Positions 13,033 through 27,329 of a stretch of DNA of 64,000 bases are shown here, in pieces. The position numbers and the translations under genes are program-made. The notes under the pieces are model-generated. The model was given only the letters and a program-made list of their open reading frames with translations, did not search any database and was not told the origin of the DNA. This DNA is from Anthoceros angustus. Its lineage: Eukaryota; Plantae; Anthocerotophyta. The stretch's first letter is position 1; the number at the start of each line of letters is the position of its first letter. Location of the stretch: NCBI GenBank assembly GCA_010909165.1, contig MU008210.1:248001-312000 (forward strand), written 5' to 3'.

Positions 13033-16000
13033 CTTACTTTCTTGACACTTGTGACCCTCTTGAAGCATGGCTAGCTTCCAATCTCAACAGATCAGCCTTG
13101 ATCCTAACTAGTCTATTCGCCGAATTAAGGTGTAGGTTGCGATATTTGTTCTTCAAATCTTCCAAGTCTGCAGGCCACTTGCCTGTCTCACACTTCGTGT
13201 GCAAGGCATCCCTTTCCATAGCCAACTGCCCCACTTATATGGACATAGCGTGATACCCTTCTCCGCATCATGGATGCGCCTCAACATCCTCTTTTGCGGG
13301 CATGATCGGCTCGAACCTTCTCTTACGCACAACCATCAAGCGGCGTACCATGTCTTCAACTTTCTTGCAACTCTCTTCCTCTTGCGAGGCCCTACGATTA
13401 GCTTCACTCACAGCCCCTTGGCTTCTTCTAACTCGCTTGGAGGAGTCCCATGACTCTTGTAGAGTCTCCTTCTCCCTTCTCAATTCTCCTACCTCGAGGT
13501 CCTTGCCATTTAATAAGTCATCCTTAGCCTTTGCAAGGCCCTGGACCTCCTTTACATCCTTCTTGGCCATCGCCACGGCATACACCAACTGTCGGACTTG
13601 TTCTCGCATCCCTCGATTCTCCAAGGCCCATCCTTCCTTCTCCTTAGCGCGTGTCACCATAATGCCATCCAATTCTTGCACCATCTCTTGATGCCTCAAC
13701 TCAGCTCCCTCAAGGTCCAATGTAAGTCGCTTTTCCCTTTCAGTAAACCTACCTACACTTGACTCTAGCTCTACAATCCTAGTTTGAGCTGCCCTTAATT
13801 CTTCTGTATCCACATTTCCTACCGGGGCAGCCCCAACGGCTAGGCCTAAATATCGGTTCGCCAGGGTACGGCTTGGCGAACCGACATGCCATGCCATGAG
13901 CATGGCCTTCCTCTCCCTGCCCCTCTCTCTCGTATCCGTGCCAACCCGCGATCGGGCCACCGGGGGCAAGGGGAACTAATTCAAGTTCCGTGTCACGAAT
14001 ACCGGCTATACTCGCACGATACAAAGTCGAACTCGTCGGCCGCATCATTGAAAGAAAATTTCCCTCCACCGGGCCTCACAGGCGCAAAGGACAATGCGAT
14101 ATAACCTCATCCATCACTTGAGCACGGTTATGCTAGCCCTTCCTACCTTGAGGTCCTTGCTATCTCACACTTCGTGTGCAAGGCATCCCTTTCCATAGCC
14201 TTCTCAATTCTCCTTCTCCTTCTCAATTCTCCTACCTCGAGGTCCTTGCCCAAGTTCCGCCGACTTGCTAGTTTCTCCTTCTCTTCCTCGGTGCTGGCAT
14301 AAATAAGAGAGAGGAGTAGGAGAGGAAGGCCATGCTCATGGCATGGCATTGATCAAGAACCACATGCACCACTCAAGGACAAAGCATATTGATATCCAAC
14401 ATCACTTTGTTCGTGAAAGGGTGAAATCATTGGAGGTTCCATTTGAGTATTGCAAACGGAGGATATGGCTGCAGATTTCTTTACCAAGGCTTGAGCAAGT
14501 TCAAGTTTGAGAAGTGTAGAGAGGTAGTTGGATTAAGGCAAACTCAGTGCTGAGTGGGATTGTTGATGCAGCTTCGAGTTTGTTAAGATGGATATGACTA
14601 TGCGTAAAAGATGTAGGTGATTGAGCAGTATATAGAAGTGGGTAAATGGGAAACATATACCCCATATTGAGTAGGAAACGTGAGTGACACTTTTAGGGTT
14701 TAAAAGGGTGAGACCAGCTAGCTATAGTAGGTTCAGCTCTTTGACTATTGTCTTTGTGTTCTATGCTCAAAGTTGCTCTTTACTTGTGTTTTAAGGCCTC
14801 GTTTAGTTTTGCAAATCTGAACACTTACTTTCTTGACACTTGTGACCCTCTTGAAGCATGGCTAGCTTCCAATCTCAACAGATCAGCCTTGATCCTAACT
14901 AGTCTATTCGCCGAATTAAGATGTAGGTTGCGATATTTGTTCTTCAAATCTTCCAAGTCTGCAGGCCACTTGCCTGTCTCACACTTCGTGTGCAAGGCAT
15001 CCCTTTCCATAGCCAACTGCCCCACTTATATGGACATAGCGTGATACCCTTCTCCGCATCATGGATGCGCCTCAACATCCTCTTTTGCAGGGCATGATCG
15101 TCTCTGAACCTTCTCTTACGCACAACCATCAAGCAACGTACCATGTCTTCAACTTTCTTGCAACTCTCTTCCTCTTGCGAGGCCCTACGATTAGCTTCAC
15201 TCACAGCTCCCTTGGCTTCTTCTAACTCTGCTTGGAGGGAGTCCCATGACTCTTGTAGGGTCTCCTTCTCCCTTCTCAATTCTCCTACCTCGAGGTCCTT
15301 GCCATTTAATAACTCATCCTTAGTCTTCGCAAGGCCCTAGACCTCCTTTACATCCTTCTTGGCCATCGCCACACCAAGCTCGGACTTGTTCTCGCATCCC
15401 TCTATTCTCCAAGGCCCATCCTTCCTTCTCCTTAGCGCGTGTCACCATAATGCCATCCAACTCTTGCACCATCTCTTGATGCCTCAACTCAGCTCCCTCA
15501 AGCTCCAATGTAAGTCGCTTTTCCCTTTCAGTAAGCCTACCTACACTTGACTCTAGCTCTACAATCCTAGTTTGAGCTGCCCTTAATTCTTCTGTATCCA
15601 CATTTCCTACCGGGGCAGCCCCAACTGCTAGGCCTAAATATCGGTTCGCCAGAGTACGGCTTGGCGAACCGACATGCCATGCCATGAGCATGGCCTTCCT
15701 CTCCCCTCTCTCTCGTATCCGTGCCAGCGATCGGGCCACGGGGCAAGGGAACTAATTCAAGTTCCGTGTCACGAATACCGGCTATACTGCACGATACAAA
15801 GTCGAACTCGTCGACGCATCATTGAAAGAAAATTTCCCTCCACCGGGCCTCAAGGCGCAAAGGACAATGCGCTCCCTACTTGGTTATGCTAGCCCTTCCT
15901 ACCATTCTCTTCCTTGCACCAAGTTCCGCCGACTTAGTTTCTCCTTCTCTTCCACCCATACGGCTCTTCTTGCAACTTCCTTCGCAATGGAAGCGCCTTG

Positions 16001-18000
16001 ACTCTCTCAACAAGAGCTTTTCACTCTCCACCGCCGTGGAGGTGGCTCAACTCACCTCTTCCTACCATTCTCTTCCTCGGTGCTCTCACTAGATGAACCT
16101 CTTCTTCTTCTTCCTCCGTCTGCGTAGGACACCGAAGTAGGCAGGATCCTCCATCGCTTCCTTTTCTTCCCGTCTCTTGTTGCGGGGACTTCTCTCACGG
16201 GCTTAGGGATTCCTGCATCCAATGGTACCTCTTGGAAATCCATCTTAGAAAACTCCAATTCTCCCTGCTTCAATAATCCTTGGAGCTCATAAATATGAAT
16301 CGGGTAGGTGGAGAGGTGCGTATTTCTGCGTGCTCTTGGATTCCTGCATCCAATGGTACCTCTTGGAAATCCATCTTAGAAAACTCCAATTCTCCTTCTC
16401 TTCCTCGGTGCTCTCACTAGCGAGCCCCAACACCTATAAAGGTACCTAGTTCTACTCCTTCCCGCTGATTTACGAGGGTAGCCCCACTTAGGAGGGTAGC
16501 TACAACATGGGCAAGTCTCCTCGCATCCAAGGTCCTTGCTATCTCACACATGCGCCATGCCTCTCTCAAAGTGTCCAAGTCGCCACGGATGTTTGAGACA
16601 TCCATGGGTTGTTCCAATTCCAAAACCATGTCATCCTCTAGCTCCACTCTCTGGCTCATGTGGCGCTTTGGCCCCTCCATAAGCCTCCACATGCCATGCC
16701 ATGCCATGCCATGCCATGAGCATGGCCTTCTTAGGTGCAGGCGCTTTCACCATCTTGCACCCTAGCCACACCGTCATAGGGGACTCGACCTACGCTCACT
16801 CCCTACCTCGAGGTCCTTGCCCTAGCTTTCCCTTGCATGCACAAGCTCTTCCTCGGTGCTCTCACTAGATGAACCTCTTCTCCTTGCACACAAAATCCAC
16901 CAAGAAGAATCTTTACAAACATTCTCCATTTCTCTTCTCTTCCACCCATACCACTCTTCTTGCAACTTCCTTCGCAATGGAAGCTGCCTTGACTCTCAAC
17001 AAGAGCTTTTCACTCTCCACCGCCGTAGGAGGTGGCTCCGACTCACCTCTTCCTACCATTCTCTTCCTCGGTGCTCTCACTAGATGAACCTCTTCTTCTT
17101 CTTCTTCCTCGTCTGCGTAGGACACCGAAGTAGGCAGGATCCTCCATCGCTTCCTTTTCTTCCCGTCTCTTGTTGCGGGGACTTCTCTCACGGGCTTAGG
17201 GATTCCTGCATCCAATGGTACCTCTTGGAAATCCATCTTAGAAAACTCCAATTCTCCCTGCTTCAATAATCCTTGGAGCTCATAAATATGAATCGGGTAG
17301 GTGGAGAGGTGCGTATTTCTGCGTGCTCTTGGATTCCTGGCATTGGGCATAAGCAACCTTGCGCGATGTGCAGTATAAACATCATACATTACCATTCCCC
17401 AATCCGAAGTAGCCCCCCTAGACAACCTCCAAATGAAATACAACTGTGCATCACTAAGATGTCTTCCGTTGAGCACTCACCAATCCAAGAAGAATCTTTA
17501 CAAACATTCTCCATTTCTCTTGCATCAACCACCTTTCCTCTAGACTTATGCGTCGTAACATGTCCATGGCCTTCTTAAGCAGCTCATGACAATTCCTATT
17601 CTCCTTTTTCTCTTCTCCTTTCTCCTCAACCTTCCTTTCAAGCTCCATGATTGCAATCCCCTCTTCAGCCTCCTCATTTGGCCTTCCATGTACCTGTCGA
17701 ATGTGTTGGGTTGTCCGGCACCCTGGATCAGTCCTTGCATCCCTATTTTCCAGTTCCTCAAGTTCCTGCCGTGGCATGTTGAAATTTATAAAGCATTCCT
17801 CTATCATCTCCAAGTTGACGTAGGCCCAATGGCGGCCATACACCCATTGCAATTGTATGTTGGGCTCTCCAGCAAACCGTCTGAATGCCACCAAATGCCT
17901 AGCCTCCACACACAACTTCTTATGCACGCACACCTCCTTCTCCTTGCACACACCTCCTTCTCCTTGCACACACATGGGCACCGCGTTCTTACCGAGTCCT
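13033..18000 (-). pseudogene. Extra 3' ORF of gypsy family A (conserved block plus coiled coil), partly duplicated and frameshifted
   Basis: ORFs 17454..17981 (NIQLQWVYGRHWAYVNLEMIEE; WRMFVKILLGLVS), 16913..17476 (FIWRLSRGATSDWGMVMYDVYTAHR; THLSTYPIHIYELQGLL) and 13268..13969 / 15320..15739 (coiled coil). Confidence 0.75.
14345..15870. repeat. Direct duplication of ~12530-13990 (copia end, LTR and coiled-coil ORF)
   Basis: Near-identical sequence; the ORF-track proteins 12984/14748 and 13034/14825 are essentially the same. Confidence 0.9.
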
Positions 18001-20200
18001 TGCCCTAGCTTTCCCTTGCATGCACAAGCTCTTCCTCGCGATTCCTCGCAGGCTTCCTAGGTGCCACTCCCTACACACCCAGCTCGCATGGCCCTTTGGT
18101 AGTGACAGTGAAACTAGCCCGTTGATTCCTTGCCATGTGGCACCATTTCCACCATCCTCTATTTAGCAGCCCTATCTGTTAAAAGCACCCTACACTACGT
18201 ACCCTACATATTTATATTCTATTATTCCTAATATATCCTATTTATCCACAACCTTGCATATACAATCCTTTTAACAACTTCCTAGGTTGGAACACCTAAT
18301 ATGGAAAGCTTGCTTCCCAAGGTATCCAAGTAGGGTGTCGCACCCCACTTCCACTTGCGTGAGTCCTCACCACTCCTTATGGTAGGAAGACCTCTCATCC
18401 TACCTACCTATCTCCCCAACTACCGTCCGTGAGCCCCGCCACCCTCGTCCTATCTATGTATGGTCACCCTTATCATCCTAAGCCTCATCTATGTAGGCCC
18501 TTGCCACCCTACGCCTCATCTATGTAGGGTCACCCTTGCCACCCTCGTCTCATCTATGTAGGGTCACCCTTGCCACCCTACATACTATCTACCAAAAGAG
18601 CCTCTCCGTCCACATGTAGGCGCTCCCCTACTTACTCCCTCGTGTAGGGACACGGTGTCGTCTTACCCACATACATACATGCAGGGACCCATGACCTATC
18701 TATGTAGGGTCACCTTTGTCACCCTACGTCTCATCTTTGTAGGACTAGCTTTTGACACTCTAGGCGGCTTAAACATGTCCATGGCCTTCTTAAGCAGCTC
18801 ATGACAATTCCTATTCTCCTTTTCTCTTCTCCTTCTCCTCAACCTTCCTTTCAAGCTCCATGATTGCAATCCCTCTTGACCTCCTCATTTGGCCTTCCAT
18901 GTACATCGGATGTGTTGGGTTGTCACCCTACGCCTCATCTATGTATGGTCACCCTTGCATCCCTATTTTCCAGTTCCTCAAGTTCTGCCGTGGCATGTTG
19001 AAATTATAAAGCATTCCTCTATCATCTCCAAGTTGACGTAGGCCCAATGCCATACACCCATTGCAATTGTATGTTGGGCTCTCCAAATGAATGCCACCAA
19101 ATGCCTAGCCTCCACATGCGGGAAGCAATTCCTTCACACACAACTTCTTATGCACGCACACCTCCTTCTCCTTGCATGCACAGCGTTCTCACCGAGTCCT
19201 TGCCCTAGCTTTCCCTTGCATGCACAAGCTCTTCCTCGCGATTCCTCGCAGGCTTCCTAGGTGCCACTCCCTACACACCCAGCTCGCATGGCCCTTTGGT
19301 AGTGACAGTGAAACTAGCCCGTTGATTCCTTGCCATGTGGCACCATTTCCACCATCCTCTATTTAGCAGCCCTATCTGTTAAAAGCACCCTACACTACGT
19401 ACCCTACATATTTATGTTCTATTATTCCTAATATATCCTATTTATCCACAACCTTGCATATACAGTCCTTTTTAACAACTTCCTAGGTTGGAACCTACCT
19501 AATATGGAAAGCTTGCTTCCCAAGGTATCCAAGTAGGGTGTCGCACCCCACTTCCACTGCCCACGTAGGGAGTCCTCACCACTCCTTATGGTAGGAAGAC
19601 CTCTCATCCTACCTACCTATCTCCCCAACTACCGTCCGTAGGGAGCCCCTGCCACCCTACGTCCTATCTATGTATGGTCACCCTTATCATCCTAAGCCTC
19701 ATCTATGTAGGCCCTTGCCACCCTCGCCTCATCTATGTAGGGTCACCCTTGCCACCCTCGTCTCATCTATGTAGGGTCACCCTTGCCACCCTACATACTA
19801 TCTACCAAAAGAGCCTCTCCGTCCACATGTAGGCGCTCCCCTACTTACTCCCTCGTGTAGGGACACGGTGTCGTCTTACCCACATACATACATGCAGGGA
19901 CCCATGACCTATCTATGTAAGGTCACCTTTGTCACCCTACGCCTCGTCTATGTAGGGCTAGCTTTTGACACTCTACGCATTGGCTTAAACTGTCCATGTA
20001 GGGAGCTCCTCTCCATTCTTGTAGGGCCAGCTACCACCTTACACCTACCCCTCGTAGGGTGCACCTCCCTATGGTAGGGAGTACCATGTCCTATATCTAT
20101 AGGATAACATACCCTTCCTACCCATCTTTCCCTTGTGTAGGGGCTGCCTGCCACATCATTCACACTCGCTTCCTCCTATATGCAACTCCTTCCTCCATGC
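17930..20200 (-). repeat. Gypsy family A 3' internal non-coding region, duplicated (~17930-18750 vs ~19150-19960), with ~30-32 bp tandem units TCATCTATGTAGGGTCACCCTTGCCACCCT
   Basis: Directly visible; homologous to 59.7-61.8 kb and, inverted, to 45.3-45.9 kb. Confidence 0.85.
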
Positions 20201-20349
20201 AAGTGGTTTGCCTCTACCTAGATCTCTACTTGCACTCACTTGCGTCTAAGCTTCCACAAAGAAATACCTAGCAAATTCTTTTGGCACTTTTCCGAGTCCG
20301 TTTTGATCCAAGTTTTGTCAATTCTAACCAAAAAAAATAAAGGGCCCAA

Positions 20350-20942
20350 ACTTTTGCATTTCACAAGGCAATGGACGAAGGAGGATAACATCCAATTGGG
20401 ATGGGGGTATGGCCACCAATGGGCCTACACCAATTTAGAGCTGATTGAAGAATGCTATGTCAATCTTCACCAATCAGAGGCAGCCCTGGCCGCGTTGCGA
20501 GAGAGGAATGCTAGGACTGGTCCCCATTGGACAATCGGGAGCATTCGTCGGTGTATGGAAGACCGAGGAGGAAAGCTCAAGTTGCTCTTACATACCCGAG
20601 GTTTTGGACCTCATCGATGGAGGGATGAAGGCCAAAACCAAAAGCAGCTGGAAGACGGAGAACATCAGGGAGCTCAAGTGGATGCTCTTCTCCAAAATTG
20701 TCTTGGGGTTAGTAAATTATCAGCGCACCTCTTATTTCAGCACCAACTTCTTACAATTCTTGTGGAAGATTGTAAGAAGAGCCAAGCCGGATTGGGGAAC
20801 AATCATGTATGAGGCTTACATCCACCATAGGGAGAAGCTCCTCAAGCCCATACCACCCTCTTTCTCGCACTGCACGCGGATCAAGAGCATCTGGTCAACG
20901 AAGATATTATTGTCCCAATGTATAAGAAACAAAGTCCTGTAG
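20350..20942 (+). pseudogene. Another copy of the extra-ORF conserved block
   Basis: KEDNIQLGWGYGHQWAYTNLELIEECY, then a frame change to KWMLFSKIVLGLVNYQRTSYFSTNFLQFLWKIVRRAKPDWGTIMYEAYIHHR. Confidence 0.8.
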
Positions 20943-21274
20943 AATTCCCAAAGCGAGAGTATAGTCTTATGATTGGTGGTTCGAGTGAAAGGTTGGTCTT
21001 GCAAACAAACTTGCGCACTAGAATCACAAGCCCCAAGAACTCTAAATGTTTGCACACGTGCGATTGTGAGAATGACCTTCTTTTAGGAAGGCTAAGAATT
21101 GGATAAAGTTTAAAATCAAATACGTTTGTGCGTATATAAGACCTAGACTCTTCAAAATGGCCGTTTTATTGCGGATTTTTAGCATGCAATTTAGGGTTTG
21201 CGAAGTCCGTGTGCAAAAGGGGTTACCAGAGAAACCCTTTCTACCTAGATACCACTATTAAGGGATATTCCAGC

Positions 21275-24200
21275 CTAACCTCTTGAATGAGGAGCAGCCC
21301 AAGTTTTAAAGTTGGCATGCCCTCGAGGCGTTAGGATGCAGATCCGTCTCCTCTTCCTCCTCGTTGTATTTTTCCTCAATGGCTTCCGGAGGTTGTTGTA
21401 GTAAGTGGCCACTCTGCAACTTTCCCTCTTTTGTGTGTCCATGATTGACTTGTAGTGGGTTGACGCGTTCTTTCCACTCAACCATATCGCCACCTTCGTT
21501 CGGTCTCTCTTCGATCTCCGCCCTTTCCGGTTCAAGGTGAGCTTCCCAATCTCTTCATCTTTTGCTTGGCTTGTCACCAAGCGCTTCACCGCCGTGGCTC
21601 TAGCTTGTTCTTCCACGAGAGCTTGTCGCCTTTAGGGTGTGTCGAACCGTCAGCACTTCCTTCCTACAATTCCTTGCCTCCGTCCCGTAGGCATTGGCAA
21701 GGTGGTTTGATTGCTATCGCTGCTGGTCCAGGAGTTCCCTTGTGATGCGGAGCTCCTCCCTAAGTCCTCTAGCCACGTTGTCCCATTCCTGTTTCTCACT
21801 TGCTAGGCCATCAGATTTCCCTTTATAGTATTCCTTTCACTTGTCCATGGCCAGCAATCTCTTTTGTAGGAGGTCCTTCTCATCTTCAAGGTCCTTTCAG
21901 GCCTTGCTAGCTGTGGTAGTGGCTGCCTCCTTTTCTCGATTCACTTCTCCTACCCTTTCTAGTGCCGCTCTCAAACGCTCTTCCGCCTGACTCTTGGCGG
22001 CTTCCATCTCCTCAGCCTTCTTGGTTAAACTGGCTTCCCTCCCCAAGACTTGGTCTATCATTTCCCACACATTCATCAACTTCGTGGTGAGTCTATCTCG
22101 CTCTTTGGCCAAGTCCACGACAGAGTGTTGCTTCTCGGAGGTTCTCTTCAGAGCTCCCATGAGCTTCTTGTCCACATCATCCAACTCCTTCTTCACATCC
22201 CGAAGTTCAGCACGAACTTCAGCCGCTTCCCTCAAACTTTCTACCAGGGCATCTACTAGCTCTAGTCCAATCTCCTACAGCTCGGTAACCATTCTCCGAA
22301 AGATTCCGTGCTCTCATCACACCTCCCTCGCTCCTCTTCCTCCTCGTTGTATTTTTCCTCAATGGCTTCCGGAGGTTGTTGTAGTAAGTGGCCACTCTGC
22401 AACTTTCCCTCTTTGTGTGTCCATGATTGACTTGTAGTGGGTTGACGCGTTCTTTCCACTCAACCATATCGCCACCTTCGTTCTGTCTCTCTTCGATCTC
22501 CGCCCTTTCCGGTTCAAGGTGAGCTTCCCAATCTCTTCATCTTTTGCTTGGCTTGTCACCAAGCGCTTCCTTCTTGTGGCTCTAGCTTGTTCTTCCACGA
22601 GAGCTTGTCGCCTTTAGGGTGTGTCGAACCGTCGGCACTTCCTTCCTGCAGTTCCTTGCCTCTGTCCCGTAGGCATTAGCAAGGTGGTTCGATTGCTGTC
22701 GCTGCTGGTCCAGAGTTCCCTCGTGATGCGGAGCTCCTCCCTGAGTCCTCTAGCCACATTGTCCCATTCCTGCTTCTCACTTGCTAGGCCATTAGATTTC
22801 CCTTTGTATATTCCTTTCGCTTGTCCATGGCCAGCAATCTCTTCTGTAGAAGGTCCTTCTCATCTTCAAGGTCCTTTCGGGCCTTGCTAGCTGTGGTAGT
22901 AGCTGCCTCCTTCTCCCTGTTCACTTCTCCTACCCTTTCCAGGGCCGTTCTCAAATGTTCTTCTGCCTCATTCTTGGCGGCTTCCATCTCCTCGGCCTTC
23001 TTGGTTAAACCGGCTTCCCTCCCCAAGACTTGGTCTATCATTTCCACACATTCATCAACTTTGTGGTGAGTCTATCTCGCTCTTTGGCCAAGTCCACGAC
23101 AGAGTGTTGCTTCTCGGAGGTTCTCTTCAGAGCTCCCATGAGCTTCTTGTCCACATCATCCAACTCCTTCTTCACATCCCGAAGTTCAGCACGAACTTCA
23201 GCCGCTTCCCTCAAACTTTCTACCAGGGCATCTACTAGCTCTAGTCCAATCTCCTACAGCTCGGTAACCATTCTCTGAAAGATTCCACGTGCTCTCATCA
23301 CACCTCCTACTGCTCCTCTTGCTGGTGCGTAGGTCACCAACATTCCTCGGCGGTCTTCCTTGTCGCCCTCTACTCCCATGGCGACAAGCCCGTCCTGTCC
23401 TCCTTTGGTAGGAGCTTGTTCTCCTACTGTAGGTCCCTCTTCTGCTGTAGCTCCTCCCGTAGGAGCTACTTCCTTCGTAGGTAGTCCGGTTTCTACCGGG
23501 CCATCCCCTGCTGGTGGTGACTGCCTACCAATGTGAAGCCCCATGGTAGGTGGTCAGGAGTCCTTTCCTACCTTCTCCGTAGGAGGCGCCATAGCTCCTT
23601 CTCCTTCCCTTGTCGTTCTTGGTTCACGATCCACGAGGCTTCATCTTTGGTGGGGTGGGGTGGTGGTCTCTTTCCAGATGGTCGACTGTCTACCTCCTCC
23701 TGGTCCTCTGCTGCCATGGACGGCTCTCCTTCCACCACTCGGACCAAGGAAGCTTCTATCTTAGCTTCCTCCAGTTCCTCCTCCTTTAGAACTTCCTCCC
23801 TATGGTATAGATGCACTAGGAAGGTGGAGACAAAACTGATTTTGGCCTCCTCACTCATCAAATGATTCCTATGAGCCACCACCTGCTCATAGAGAATGCT
23901 TGCCCAATCTACCAACTTGCCCTTGGACATCTCATAGATCATCATAAGGTGGGAATTGCCTATGTAGGTCTTCCTAGCGGCACAGATCAATCCCAGCCAA
24001 ATCTTGGCGAAGAGATTCCACTTCCTCTCCTTGAACATGGAAACTCGCCAACCATTACCAGGAGACCAAACTCCTCCTTGGGTCGTAGGAACATATCCAT
24101 GGTCGCTTTCAAAATCTGATTCTTGGAAAACTGGGCCGATGGGATGATTCCTCCTTTGTGCGCCTCGGGTATCAAGTACGTTTGCTGGAAATGGCGCACC

Positions 24201-26700
24201 TTCCACGTTCTAGGATGACTTCAGACTGTGACGTCCTCGGGCACCCTGGCCTCCGCTCTTGTGGCTCGCAACCACCGCGCACACTCCTCAGCATGGATGG
24301 ATTCAGACACCACCTAGCACCCACTCGCCTCTTCCTCAGCTTGCAGCTCTCTAAGCTCGCGCCTTCTTGCACAGAGCCTCCGCGCTCAGCTCGCTTCGCG
24401 CCGCAGTCGCCTCCTTCAGAAAAGTCACAAGCCTCCTCACGCCTTCGTCGTTCTTGCTCCAGAAACATGGGTGGTTCCCTTCTCCTCTCCTGAAATCGCT
24501 AGACCGTCCTCTTTCATCATAAAACTCCTTCTTCCATTTCGCTCAGCGTCTTCCCCTCTTGCTCGAAACATGGGTGGTTCCTTCTCCTTCCGTTTACTTC
24601 CCAAACGACCAAACCACAGCTTCGAGGGTTTTGCAGTGCTGATTTTAGTAGGGATTTCTCAATTCACGCGATGTCCGCCACGTGGCACCATCGATGGTGC
24701 TTCCATTCAAAACTTGATTTGCTATATCGCCTTTAGCATATATAGTCCTCCTCACTCCTCTTGCTCGATTTGAGGACCAAGGAAGTTGCCTTCCTTGCTC
24801 TTGAAATAATCGCTCAACTTTCCTACCAAGGCCAAGGGTCACCTACCGCATCCTCACGAGGATCAAGGTACTTTTCCTACCACGACCTACCAAGGTCCAA
24901 GGACTTTTGCTTATAAAACTAAGTACATTTGTTAGCCTCGAGTTTCAAGGGTTAGTACCCTATTGGAAAAATTCAAAGTCCCATTCCTACTACACCTCCC
25001 ATCGCTCCTCTTGCTGGTGCGTAGGTCACCAACATTCCTCGGTCTTCCTTGTCGCCTCTACTCCCATGGCGACAAGCCCGTCTGTCCTCCTTTAGAACTT
25101 CCTCCTTCGGTAGGAGCTTGTTCTCCTACTGTAGGTCCTTCTTCTGCTGTAGCTCCTCCCGTAGGAGCTACTTCCTTCGTAGGTAGTCCGGTTTCTACCG
25201 GGCCATCCCCTGCTGGTGGTGACTGCCTACCAATGTGAAGCCCCATGGTAGGTGGTCGGGAGTCCTTTCCTACCTTCTCCGTAGGAGGCGCCATAGCTCC
25301 TTCTCCTTCCCCTTGTCGTTCTTGGTTCCTGATCCTGAGGCTTCATGCTGGTGGGCTGGGGGTGGTGGTCTCTTTCCAGATGGTCGACTGCCTCCTTTAG
25401 AACTTCCTCCTCCTTTGGTAGGAGCTTGTTCTCCTCTCCTTCCACCACTCGGACCAAGGAAGCTTCTATCTTAGCTTCCTCCTCCTCCTTTAGAACTCCT
25501 CCCTATGGTATAGATGCACTAGGAAGGTGGAGACAAACTGATTTTGGCCTCCTCACTCATCAAATGATTCCTATGAGCCACCACCGCTCATAGAGAATGC
25601 TTGCCCAATCTACCAACTTGCCCTTGGACATCTCATAGATCATCATAAGGTGGGAATTGCCTATGTAGGTCTTCCTAGCGCAGATCAATCCCAGCCAAAT
25701 CTTGGCGAAGAGATTCCACTTCCTCTCCTTGAACATGGAAACTCGCCAACCATTACCAGGAGACCAAACTTCCTCCTTGGGTCGTTGGAACATATCCATG
25801 GTCGCTTTCAAAATCTGATTCTTGGAAAACTGGGCCGATGGGATGATTCCTCCTTTGTGCGCCTCGGGTATCAAGTACGCTTTGGAAATGGCGCACCTTC
25901 CACGTTCTAGGATGACTTGACCGTGACGCCCCTCGGGCACCGGCCTCCGCTCTTGTGGCTCGCAACCGCGCACACTCCTCGGCATGGATGGATTCGGACA
26001 CCACCTAGCACCCACTCGCCTCTTCCTCGACTTGCAGCTCTCTAAGCTCGCGCCTTCTTGGTTCACGATCCTGCTACACTGGTCAACAACCTCCTACCTA
26101 GATGACCAAACTTCCTCCTTTAGAAAAGTCACAAGCCTCCTCACGCCTTCGTCGTTCTTGCTCCAGAAACATGGGTGGTTCCCTTCTCCTCTCCTGAAAT
26201 CGCACCTCGACCGTCCTCTTTCATGCGCAAAACTCCCTTCTTCCAGCTCACGCTCGCAAGCGTCTTCCCCCTCTTGCTCGCGGCTGCCGTCTCCTTCCGT
26301 TTACTTCCCAAAACGACCAAACCCTGGCTTACTGAGGGTTTTGCCAGTACATGCAGATTTTAGTAGGGATTTCTCCAGTTGCGGCCCACCGCGATGTCCG
26401 CCACGTGGCACCATCGATGGTGCTTCCATTCAAAACTTGATTTGCTATATCGCCTTTAGCATATATAGTCCTCCTCCTTTAGAAAAGTCACAAGCCTCCT
26501 CACTCATCACATTTTGCATGACCAAGGAAGTTGCCTTCCTTGCTCTTGAAATAATCGCTCAACTTTCCTACCAAGGCCAAGGGTCACCTACCGCATCCTC
26601 CGAGGATCAAGGTACTTTTCCTACCACGACCTACCAAGGTCCAAGGACTTTTGCTTATAAAACTAAGTACATTTGTTAGCCTCGAGTTTCAAGGGTTAGT
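21275..26700 (-). pseudogene. Diverged extra-ORF subfamily (conserved block plus long coiled coil), present as overlapping duplicated segments
   Basis: ORFs 23568..24206 and 25560..26066 read KWNLFAKIWLGLI...KTYIG...IYEMSKGKLVDWASILYE...SFVSTFLVHLYH. Coiled-coil ORFs 21897..22235 and 22784..23047 are duplicates. Confidence 0.75.
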
Positions 26701-27184
26701 ACCCTATTGGAAAAATTCAAAGTCCCATTCCTACTACCGACCTCCCAACATCCTACCACCGTATATGACGTCTCGAATCACGATCCTGCTACACTGGTCA
26801 ACAACCTCCTACCTGTCGACTTTCCTATATCCTACCTAGATGACCAAACTTTTCACTCCACACCGCCACATGTCACCCTATGGCACTAGGACATGTGAGC
26901 ATGTTGGGTTTCAAAATTCAAACTATAATTAAATAATCAAGGATCATTAATCATAATTTATTATTGAAAATTATTTAAAGTGACAAGAATTTCTTCAATC
27001 AATCTAAATTATTTTTAATATTATATAATGTATTCGGACTACTCAAATAACTCAAACTACTTTTTGATTTGTCTTTCATGTTTGAAACTTTACAATTTGG
27101 TTGGATAATGTTGGCTTTGTGGGAGGAGCCATTACCCCTTACCATCCTTAGCGCTATGTAAACTTAGCATCCTCGACATCGCCT

Positions 27185-27290
27185 TTAGCATCCTAATCAT
27201 CCATCCTTAGCATCCTAATCATCCATCCTTAGCATCCTAATCATCCATCCTTAGCATCCTAAGCATCTTCCCTTAGCATCGTAAGCATCG
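27185..27290. repeat. Tandem repeat, 22 bp TTAGCATCCTAATCATCCATCC x3 plus 2 degenerate copies
   Basis: Directly visible. Confidence 0.9.
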
Positions 27291-27329
27291 CAACCTACTC
27301 GACAAGAGCTAGATCCTTAGGCATTCCCT

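Noticed and set aside
16690-16720. (CATGC)n run
   Set aside because: Simple slippage microsatellite inside a degenerate ORF.
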